Positions 35,702 to 43,834 of a stretch of 64,000 bases of DNA are shown in pieces (position 1 is the stretch's first letter; the number at the start of each line of letters is the position of its first letter). The stretch is from an uncultured bacterium (GTDB lineage Bacteria; Planctomycetota; UBA1135; GCA-002686595): positions 416,001-480,000 of the forward strand of contig CALSNU010000004.1 of NCBI GenBank assembly GCA_943787795.1, read 5' to 3'. Position numbers and translations under genes: made by a program. The notes below the pieces were generated by a model. The model was not told the origin of the DNA. It made no database searches and saw only the letters and a program-made list of their open reading frames with translations.

Positions 35702-37624
35702 CTAGCGCCTGTAGATCTCAACCGTGGGTCCAAAGGACTGCGCCTGGAACAGGTCGAAGAACGTCAGCTTGTAGCCCGGCTGCGGGCGTTCACGGTGGAG
35801 GCCGTTGTGGATCGTCTTCACGCGACGCCACTCCGCGTCTCGATTGAGCGCGTCGAGCCACGCGTCACGGATCACGCCGAACGGGACCGGACGCACGTTG
35901 TATTTCTCGGAGACGGGGAGGACGGCGACCCGGGCGCTCGTTCGCTCCAGCATCTCGGACGCGACCGTCGCCCGCTCGGGCAGCGTCACCATCTGGTAGA
36001 TCTCCTTCGTCGTCGTCTGGTGCAGGTTGAACCCGAGACGCTCCGCCGGTTCGTCGTCCCGCTCCGTGAACTCGCCCGTCCGGCCGGGAAAGCCGCGTGC
36101 CTTGGGGTGCAGCAGCAGCCACTGGTACGTGTCCCATGGGCCGCGGGACCATGAAGAGCCGGCGTCGAGCACCTCGGGCCGTCCGAAGATCGGGAGGGCG
36201 TAGCTCGCGGTGGCGTGCACAGACGTCTCTCGGCCGACGTTCTCCTCCATCCAACGGGCAGCCTGGGTCAGCGTGTCGGGGCGGAGGCGGAGGCGAGTCG
36301 CCTGAAGCGACGCCACTAGCGCCACCGCGAGGCAGCCGCCGCCCGCGACCATCAGCACAGGCCCCACCCTCGGGAGCCCCGCCAGCCAACGGAACCCAGC
36401 CACCGCGCACAGGCAGGTCGCTGGCTGTAGCACGAGGTAGAACCGGGCATAGCTCAGGTCGTACGCGCCAAACAGCAGGAACGTCGGCGCCGCGAAGCCC
36501 GCGACGATCCAGAACGCCGGCGGCGCTCGCGAGGGACCGATCAGCACGAGGGCAAGGACCCCAAAGAGGGCCAGCCACAGGAGGAGCGGGTCGTACTGGC
36601 CGAGCGCCCTCCAGGCGACGCCAAATCCGTCCCCGGTGAACCTCTCCAGCGGGATCTCATGCCCGGAGATCTTGAGGTCGGCCTTGCCGCGCTTGTCGCG
36701 GACGGAAGCACGCCACTCCTTCAGGCGTTCATCGACGCGCGCGTCACCGACGGTGCCTTCGCGCTGCGCCTTGGCCTTGGCCACGGGCTGCTCCTGTCTG
36801 CCGTGCCCCTCATCAGCACGGACGTAGAACCAGGCGGCGCTCATGGCGACCAGCCCCGCGACGAGGCTGAGGTGCCAGGCCGTTCGCCCAAGCCGCCGAA
36901 GGGTCGTCGTATCGCTCTGCCGCCGGATCACGACGATGGCCGCGACACCGACAGCACCGAGCACGGAGAAGCCGGTGTGAAGCGTCCCAACCGAGGCCGC
37001 GCACGCGAGGCCCATCAAGGCCGCGCGGGAAACCGTCGGTCGTTCCGACCAGCGGATCGCGAGCCAGATGCCAAGCATCACGAACCCGGAGACCGGACCG
37101 TGAGGTCGCGCCTGTGCCGAATAGCAGAGGTGAAGGAGGGAGATGGCGACCATGAGCCCGCTGAGGGCGGCCCACCGCAGCCCTATGAAGCGCAGCGCGA
37201 TGAGGAACGTCATGGGGACCGCGAGCGCCGACAGCAGCGCAGCGATGACGCGCGTGCGTACATGCAGCCAGCGCACGGCTTCCAGGTGGGCCTCGAGAGG
37301 CGCACCGGCACCAGGGCGCTCCACGGCCGGGAGCGGCAGCGCGGCCACGATCGTCGCCACGAGGTGCGGGTACTTCCAGCCTGCGCGGTGGCGATCGGTG
37401 AGCCCCGAGCGGACCATCTCATCCGCCTGATTGACGATGTACGTATCGGGCTCGGGAGCATGGGGCAGACCGTGGTCCGCGCCGAGGACCCGGACCAGGC
37501 TCGCGAAGACGAACAACCCGAGCGCCCAGATCACGACCGCGGGGCGGCCAGGCTGCCCACCGCGGCGGTCTCCGCCGGCTCGCGGCGCGTCGACGGGCGG
37601 GTCCAGTTCAGCCACGCTTCCCAT
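35702..37624 (-). CDS. GT-C fold (ArnT/PMT-like) membrane glycosyltransferase
   Basis: First TM followed by HGLPHAPEPD acidic motif, many TM helices, LHLCYSAQARP, YARFYL. Confidence 0.7.
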   Translation of the reverse strand: MGSVAELDPPVDAPRAGGDRRGGQPGRPAVVIWALGLFVFASLVRVLGADHGLPHAPEPDTYIVNQADEMVRSGLTDRHRAGWKYPHLVATIVAALPLPAVERPGAGAPLEAHLEAVRWLHVRTRVIAALLSALAVPMTFLIALRFIGLRWAALSGLMVAISLLHLCYSAQARPHGPVSGFVMLGIWLAIRWSERPTVSRAALMGLACAASVGTLHTGFSVLGAVGVAAIVVIRRQSDTTTLRRLGRTAWHLSLVAGLVAMSAAWFYVRADEGHGRQEQPVAKAKAQREGTVGDARVDERLKEWRASVRDKRGKADLKISGHEIPLERFTGDGFGVAWRALGQYDPLLLWLALFGVLALVLIGPSRAPPAFWIVAGFAAPTFLLFGAYDLSYARFYLVLQPATCLCAVAGFRWLAGLPRVGPVLMVAGGGCLAVALVASLQATRLRLRPDTLTQAARWMEENVGRETSVHATASYALPIFGRPEVLDAGSSWSRGPWDTYQWLLLHPKARGFPGRTGEFTERDDEPAERLGFNLHQTTTKEIYQMVTLPERATVASEMLERTSARVAVLPVSEKYNVRPVPFGVIRDAWLDALNRDAEWRRVKTIHNGLHRERPQPGYKLTFFDLFQAQSFGPTVEIYRR

Positions 37625-38064
37625 CCGAGTGCCGGCCCCCCTTTCGCGGAAGTCCCGCGCGGCTGGAGGACGTCACTGGCTCCGGCTTGGCCGAGTTGAA
37701 CGCCGAGTCCATCGTCTCGTCACTGGCCATCACAGCCGTGTCATTGTCGGGGGCGAGTTCCAAGGTCGGGGCACCGTCAGCTCCGCGCTTGAGCTTACCG
37801 AGGAAACCCGGCAGCTCGGCCCCACGGGTCCATTCCATCGACGGGGCCTGGGGGGAGGTGACCCGTGGAGGGATTGCGAGGACCCGCTGCCTCCGGACCG
37901 ACCCTTGCAAGCTCCGGCGCTCCCGCCGTTGGGGAGACAGGCCACCGGACTGGGCGTGCAGCCCCAGCGCCAAGATGAGCACGGCCCCCGCAGATACCGG
38001 TCGAGGCGCAAACGAGGCCGCCAACGCCCCCTCCCCCACAGGACGAGGTCAGGCTTGACCGGGG

Positions 38065-39642
38065 TCAGTCGTCATCGATGTAGCCCAGGGCCTTCAGGCT
38101 CTGCAGCTCCTGGGCCGAGATCCCCTGCAGGCCAGCGCCCTTCTCGGTCGACCTGGCCGCGACCGCGCGCAGCTCGAGCCACCGCCTCCTGGCGACCTCG
38201 GTCAGCCGCGCGGTGAGGTCCGGATGATCCGCTGCGACGTCGCTGCGCTCTCCGGGGTCAACCTCGACGTCGTAGAGCTCAAGCGTTCCCAGATCCTGGT
38301 TCCAGATGGCCTTCCAGGGTCCAGAGCGCAGCGCGAGGTTGCGGTCGCCGCGCGCCTTGAGGGCGACGTGTAGCCGCTTGCTCGTGTTCACTCGCGTGGA
38401 GACGACGCGCGTCAGGACCTGCTCGGCGTTGCCGTCCGTGAGGTCGTCGAACCAGTCTCGGCCCTGGAGCTCGTCCATACCCTGAAGGGACGGTCCTGAG
38501 ATCCCGAGGTACCCGATGACGGTCGGCGCGATGTCGACGATGGAGGACGCCTCCTTGATACGAGTGCCTCCAAACTGACCGCCAGGGAACCGCATGAGCA
38601 TGGGCACGTGAACCATCTCCTGGTAGAGAGAGTGGTCGTGCTGCCAAGCACCGTGCTCGCCGAACTCGTCACCGTGGTCAGCGACGACAATAAGCAGCGT
38701 TTGGTCCCACCGGCCGCGCTCCCTGATCGCGTTGACGATCGAACGCAGGCGCCGGTCGGCCTCGGTAACGCTGAGCTCGTACAACGAGTAGATGTCCGCT
38801 TGCCGATCGATGAGGCGATCCAGGAACTTCTGCTGCTCCTCGGCGAAGTCCACCGGGGGACCCGACCAGTTGTCCTGGTAGCTCTGGCGCGCGATCGCGC
38901 GGAAGAACTTCATCTGCCGGTCATACCACCGGCAGAGTTCGACCGACTCGCTCGAGGCGTTGGGGCCAGACAGGGCGGGAAGCCGCTGCGGGTCGTGGGG
39001 CTCCGTCGTGTGGACGTAGAGGAACATCGGGAGCCCCGGCTCCAGCCCGCTGATCCAGTCACGAATGTGCTCCGGGTCAGGCTGGTTGGGGCAGTGGACG
39101 CTCGACTCGTACCCGCGGTCGAGCCCGGCCAAGGGCCCCGCAAAGGGGTTCTTGTAGCGCGCCCCGGTCTGGAAGCCATTGGCAGCCAGCCCGGCAGCGA
39201 GCGTCGGGGTCGAGCTCCGAAGTCGATCATCGTGGTCGACGATGCCGTGTGCGGCCACGTGCAAACCCGTGACCAGCGACGCAACGGAAGGCAACGTCCA
39301 GGGCCCAGCCGAGTACGCGTTCTCGAAGACGACCGCGTCCTCGCTCAGCTCACGCAGGAAGGGCGTCGGGTCTCGCTCATCCTCGCGATCCACGAGGCTG
39401 GTGAAGTCCGCGCGCAGGGTATCGACGAGCAGAATCACCACGTCCATGCTCCGACGGGCCTCCGCGGTCGGCGCCGGAGTGGCCCCGGGAACCGGAGCGG
39501 ATCGACCGTCAGCACCGCAGCCGGCGAGGACGGGGAGGACGGCGAGAGCCTGGGCCGCGAACCGGCCCGCGGGTAATCCGCCCCAACGGGGCCTTGGGGT
39601 GGGAAGGGGCGGGGTCGATCGGCGCTTCGGTACGTAAGTCAC
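38065..39642 (-). CDS. Sulfatase-like hydrolase/transferase lipoprotein with non-canonical WTLPSVAS nucleophile motif
   Basis: ILLVDTLRAD, NAYSAGPWTLPSVASLVTG, EPHDP, ADHGDEFGEHG, HVPMLMR, ELYDVEVDPGE, terminal LKALGY; lipobox LAGC. Confidence 0.9.
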   Translation of the reverse strand: MTYVPKRRSTPPLPTPRPRWGGLPAGRFAAQALAVLPVLAGCGADGRSAPVPGATPAPTAEARRSMDVVILLVDTLRADFTSLVDREDERDPTPFLRELSEDAVVFENAYSAGPWTLPSVASLVTGLHVAAHGIVDHDDRLRSSTPTLAAGLAANGFQTGARYKNPFAGPLAGLDRGYESSVHCPNQPDPEHIRDWISGLEPGLPMFLYVHTTEPHDPQRLPALSGPNASSESVELCRWYDRQMKFFRAIARQSYQDNWSGPPVDFAEEQQKFLDRLIDRQADIYSLYELSVTEADRRLRSIVNAIRERGRWDQTLLIVVADHGDEFGEHGAWQHDHSLYQEMVHVPMLMRFPGGQFGGTRIKEASSIVDIAPTVIGYLGISGPSLQGMDELQGRDWFDDLTDGNAEQVLTRVVSTRVNTSKRLHVALKARGDRNLALRSGPWKAIWNQDLGTLELYDVEVDPGERSDVAADHPDLTARLTEVARRRWLELRAVAARSTEKGAGLQGISAQELQSLKALGYIDDD

Positions 39643-39648
39643 CGCAAC

Positions 39649-39654
39649 AGCCTA
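39649..39654 (-). promoter_or_regulatory. -10-like hexamer TAGGCT 6 nt before the sulfatase GTG
   Basis: Minus strand reads TAGGCT-gttgcg-GTG(39642). Confidence 0.5.
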
Positions 39655-39988
39655 GCAAGCCACCTGGCGTGTCTGCCGGCGGAGGCCAAGCTGTGGCGCC
39701 TCGGCCGGTGTCATTCGCGTGACCTCGCTCGCAATGAGGCCGTATCACCGCTGGCCTCACCGCATCTATGCGCTTGGCGCGCGCGTGTTCCAAGCGGCGA
39801 GGTCCACTCGGACCGAAGATGCACGGGGGAGCAGATGGCGCCAAGCTGGCCCGGGGAGTGTGCCTGGGTCGGGCGAGACCCTCGCTCCTCCCGAGCGGCC
39901 CCTCGCCGCTGGCAGCGCGCAGTGGGAGCGACATCCGGGCTCCCCCACCCTCCGGATCTCCGGCCATCTAGCTCCCTAGGAGCCCCTT

Positions 39989-40290
39989 GTGCCCCTGCCC
40001 CTCGTGACGGCCAACGCCGTCCAGCTCCGCTCCCGTGGCGTCGACCTCGGCATCGCCGATCAGGTCGCCTATTACGCAGCGGCTCTCCTCGTCTGTTGCA
40101 TGTGCTGCCGATGAAAGCTCTCCAGGTCCCGACCCGCGTCCGACCAACTGATGCTCTGCCTCCTCGCCACCTCCCTCGACAGCGCCCTGGGTGGGCTCAT
40201 TGTCGCCATCGTCGCACGAGCGCTCTTGAAGAACCTCTGTGTGCTGACCATCCGGCTAGTCGACTGCAAACTACTGCTCGGCGCTGTCGT
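39989..40290 (+). pseudogene. Decayed fragment resembling the membrane part of fused MFS/spermidine synthase-like proteins
   Basis: Manual frame: ...QVAYYAAALLVCCMCCR*KLSRSRPASDQLMLCLLATSLDSALGGLIVAIVA. As I recall the family pattern it is CCMxCHGELxRxRP...LTxFYL...GGALGGxxVAxxAP. TGA at 40112; no flanking domains. Confidence 0.6.
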
Positions 40291-40604
40291 CACTCCGACA
40301 GGTCGCGTATGGGCAGCCCCTGCCCAGACCTGGGTATCCCCGCCGCGCCGCAGCAGGGACCGCCTGGGTCATCGGAATCCCCGTGACTCCGACCACGACC
40401 GTGCTCCTCTTCCGGGAGGATATCTGGCTGGACGACCCCAGCTCCAATGAGCTCGGGGCCTTCGAGACCCGGCGACTTCAAGTCCACCATCTTCAAGGGC
40501 ACCATCTCGCGTCCCCACCTCGACTCCCGCTCACACGAACGGATCGCCGGCCTGGCGGCGGTCAGCTGGACCTCGCCGGCTGCCCGAGCGAGCGACCGGC
40601 GGTC

Positions 40605-41978
40605 TCAGCGGCCGCGAGCCAGCCATCGCTCGACCGTGCTGCGCTCGACGCGCACCACGTCTGGAAGAAAGGCGATGAGCTCCTCGTCCTCGCCGGCGCG
40701 ATGCGGGCTGACGAACTCCCACACCACCGCGCCCTCCGCCGTCACCTCGACCGCGCGCCCGGCGGTTGACTCGATCACGAGCGTATTGCCATTCGCGAGC
40801 CGCTGACAGGAGCCGCCCACGGGCGAGTTCAGGCCTCGAGCGCCCGCGCCGGCGTACTCCCAGGCGATGGCTCCGTCACGCGGCTCGACCTCGACGACGC
40901 GTGAACGCCCGCGCACGCCAGAGCGGCGTCCGCCCTGGTTGTCGAACACCAGAATGCGACCGGTCGGCAGCGGCACGGCCTCGTGCTGCATCTGCCACGA
41001 CCCATCCAGATACCAGCGCGCGATGGCCCCATCGCCCTCGATCTCTAGCGCGATGAGCGCGTTCATCTCGCGCACGGAGAGCAAGAACCAGCCGGCTTCG
41101 AGGCCGTCGATGGCCGCCGCGACCTCCTCGCTGACCACCCGCACGCTGTTCGTATGGAAGACGTCGCCGGTGAATCGGAAGCGCTCCAGGAGCGCGGGGT
41201 CCCTGGCGATCTCCTCCGCGTAGCGCTCGCGCGTCTTCGCGCGCAGCGCGACGATCTCGTCAATCTTGGTGCGGATGTAGCTCCGCGTCCGCTCCGCGAA
41301 CGGCGAGCGCATCAGCGCCCCCATCAGCGAGACCTGCTGCAAGACCTCGCCCTCGGGCGAGAAGATCGTGATGCGGTCGTCGAGCAGGAGCCTCTCGGGG
41401 TCGATGCTCGCGAAGATGCGCGCCTCGCGGTCGAGCGAGAAGACCCGTCCGTCCGGCAGGACCCCGACGTCGTGATGAGCGGGCCCGTCGTACGACCAGC
41501 GCACGTTCGAGTCCCGGTCCAGACAGACGAGACCCTTGCCCTCGAAGATGGCCAGGATACCGCCGTCGTCGAGCAGCCGCGCCTTGCGAAAATACCCGAA
41601 CCCCAGGTCCGCTCGCTCCGGCCAGATTGTGAGCGGGCTGCGCTCCCATCGGTGCACGAGCGTGCCGTCCATCTCGACCAGCCGCGCCTCGGCCCCGTGA
41701 CCGGACACGTAGAGGTTCAGGCCGGGCTGCGCGCGCGTCGCGTCATGGGCGAGCACGCCGAAGCGCGAGCTCCCCTCCTCCATCCCGGAGGCGTAGCCGA
41801 TGCTCTCCAGCGCCCGCGCGGCCTCGGCGCGCTCATCGATCGCTCCCGCGTCCTGCGACTTGTACCAGTGCCCACGGGGCGCCTTCGCCCCGGCTCCAAG
41901 CCCGGCCGCAGCTCCGCCGGCAGACGGTCCTCCATTGGGCTCACCACAGGCGGCAAACACGAGTCCAGCGAGGACCAT
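40605..41978 (-). CDS. Arylsulfotransferase (ASST family), probable lipoprotein
   Basis: AQPGLNLY, AHHDV, DVFHTNSV, MQHEA, FDNQG, CQRLANGNTLVIES, GAVVWEF; lipobox-like FAAC. Start uncertain (41978 to about 42040). Confidence 0.85.
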   Translation of the reverse strand: MVLAGLVFAACGEPNGGPSAGGAAAGLGAGAKAPRGHWYKSQDAGAIDERAEAARALESIGYASGMEEGSSRFGVLAHDATRAQPGLNLYVSGHGAEARLVEMDGTLVHRWERSPLTIWPERADLGFGYFRKARLLDDGGILAIFEGKGLVCLDRDSNVRWSYDGPAHHDVGVLPDGRVFSLDREARIFASIDPERLLLDDRITIFSPEGEVLQQVSLMGALMRSPFAERTRSYIRTKIDEIVALRAKTRERYAEEIARDPALLERFRFTGDVFHTNSVRVVSEEVAAAIDGLEAGWFLLSVREMNALIALEIEGDGAIARWYLDGSWQMQHEAVPLPTGRILVFDNQGGRRSGVRGRSRVVEVEPRDGAIAWEYAGAGARGLNSPVGGSCQRLANGNTLVIESTAGRAVEVTAEGAVVWEFVSPHRAGEDEELIAFLPDVVRVERSTVERWLARGR

Positions 41979-42457
41979 CGAGCCAGCCCAGCGCGCGCGC
42001 GCCGCGACCGGAGCGGTCCAACTCTTGAGGGTAGCGAGCACGCGATGAGGTGGGATCAGGGCCGCAACAAGCCGCGACGCCAAGACTCTAACGCTCCTGG
42101 TGACTCACCACCGGCGCGTTCTTCCATCCCCTCCGATCCACGCTCCCCTCCCTTCTCTCCCTCCCGCCCGCACGGGACCTGCAAGTTGACGCCGCGACCG
42201 CCGCGCCGCTCTGGCTCCCCGGACCGTCGCGCGGCCTGGGGTCGCCCACCAGCATCCCAGGCCGGCGAGCGCGACGGCGCCCCCCCAGGCATCTCACCTT
42301 CACGGATCGAGTCCGAGCTTCACGGCCGCCGGAGGACGTCCAGCGGCAGGCTTCGACGCTGGGGGCCGCCGCGCGGCCATGAGGGAGGCCGAGGCCTCCG
42401 CTTGCAACCGTCGGGCTCAATTGGGATAAACCGCGCGAGGCGGGGCCTCCCAACACC

Positions 42458-43378
42458 ATGCAGGAAACCAACGAGACCGGAGAGGGGGAGCTGGCGGAGT
42501 ATCAGTCGCGGCTGTCCGAGGCAGGGATCGAGTCGGACTACCGGGCGGTGCTCGTGCGCGGGGTCCCGCAGAACCCGATGTTTGATATCCGGGCGTTTGA
42601 AGCCGTGATCGACGGCTTTCGGGCGAAGGACGAGGACGTCTTCGTCGCCACCTATGTGAAGGCCGGGACGACCTGGGTCCAGCAGATCCTGCACGGCCTC
42701 CTGCGCGGCGGAGAGAGCGGCGGCAGGTACGGAGAGTCCGTCCCCTGGCTGGAGGCGTGCGCCTCCTCGCCCGAGGTCATCGGTCCACGGGAAGCACCGG
42801 GCTGGACCATGGAGGAGATCAACGCGGCTCCGGGTCCGCGGTACTTCAAGACTCACGCGAAGGTCGAGGATCTACCGCGCGGAGACGCGCGGCCGCGAGT
42901 GATCTGCGTCGCGCGAAATCCCAAGGACACCGTGGTCTCGCTCTACCACCACGCGCGCAACAAGCCGGAGTTCGGCTTCAGCGGCGACTTCGAGACCTTC
43001 CTGAGGATCTTCCTCTCGGACCTCGCGGAGAACGGGAGCTGGTTCGATCACGTCCTCGGGTGGTACCAGGAGTGTCGCCGCCACCCCGAGACCCACCTCT
43101 TCCTGAAGTACGAAGACCTCCACGACGACACGGCAGCGGTCGTGCAGCAGCTCGCGGCGTTCCTGGGCCTGCCGATCAACGAGGAGATCCTCAGCGGCAC
43201 GCTGAGAGTGGCCAGCCTCGAGGACATGAAGCAGAACGCCTCCATCGGGATGAACCACCTCCGGAAGGGGGGCTACGGCGGGTGGCGAGGGGTCTTCACC
43301 GACGCGATGAACGAGCGCTTCGATCGGCTCTATGCACGCAAGATGTCGGCCAGTGACCTGACGTTCAGGTTCGAATGA
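42458..43378 (+). CDS. PAPS-dependent sulfotransferase (cytosolic SULT-like)
   Basis: 5'-PSB ATYVKAGTTW, FKTH, 3'-PB RNPKDTVVS, GSWFDHV, LKYEDL, RKGGYGGW. Confidence 0.93.
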   Translation: MQETNETGEGELAEYQSRLSEAGIESDYRAVLVRGVPQNPMFDIRAFEAVIDGFRAKDEDVFVATYVKAGTTWVQQILHGLLRGGESGGRYGESVPWLEACASSPEVIGPREAPGWTMEEINAAPGPRYFKTHAKVEDLPRGDARPRVICVARNPKDTVVSLYHHARNKPEFGFSGDFETFLRIFLSDLAENGSWFDHVLGWYQECRRHPETHLFLKYEDLHDDTAAVVQQLAAFLGLPINEEILSGTLRVASLEDMKQNASIGMNHLRKGGYGGWRGVFTDAMNERFDRLYARKMSASDLTFRFE

Positions 43379-43392
43379 CGGGAGGCCCTGTC

Positions 43393-43434
43393 GCGAGTCC
43401 TGCCCGCGAGTTCTGCCCGCGAGTTCTGCCCGCG
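43393..43434. repeat. 13-bp tandem repeat x3 (GCGAGTYCTGCCC)
   Basis: Units at 43393, 43406, 43419, just after the sulfotransferase stop. Confidence 0.88.
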
Positions 43435-43499
43435 GGGCCGGACTGAGTGGCAGCCGGCCCCGCGGACTGGCGATCGCGAGCGCCCTCCGCCGCGGCGCA

Positions 43500-43715
43500 C
43501 GCCTTGGACCAAACCTGCGGCCTGGAGCGCCTCCAGCAGCGCGTCCGCGACGCCGACCGACGACGCCGGGTTCTGTCCGGTGATCAGGAGGCCGTCCACG
43601 ATGACGAACGGCGTCCAGTCATCGGCCTTCTCGTCCCTTCCGCCGAGTTCAACCAGGCGGTCCTCCACGAGGAATTGGACGACCCGGGTGAGCCCCACCG
43701 CAGCCTCTTCCGAGT
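43500..43715 (-). pseudogene. C-terminal remnant of a DJ-1/PfpI/Hsp31-type (type 1 glutamine amidotransferase domain) gene
   Basis: SEEAAVGLTRVVQFLVEDRLVELGG...ADDWTPFVIVDGLLITGQNPASS; the N-terminal two-thirds including the catalytic Cys is absent. Confidence 0.8.
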
Positions 43716-43834
43716 CGCGGTCCAAGCGGCGCGTGGGGCTGAGGCCGATGAAGAGGCGAAGGGGGCGTGCATCGGGATGGCAAGCCTGGCCGCCCTCCCC
43801 CATCACCAAGCCGCCGATGATCGAGGTGCGGCGC

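Noticed and set aside
37608..38039. 143-aa ORF between the GT-C and sulfatase genes
   Set aside because: No recognisable motif and partly Arg/Pro-rich; may be a relic but cannot be supported.
40112..40114. Selenocysteine TGA readthrough after CCMCCR
   Set aside because: The position corresponds to Gly of an HGE-type motif, neighbouring residues are also degraded and the rest of the gene is missing, which fits a pseudogene better.
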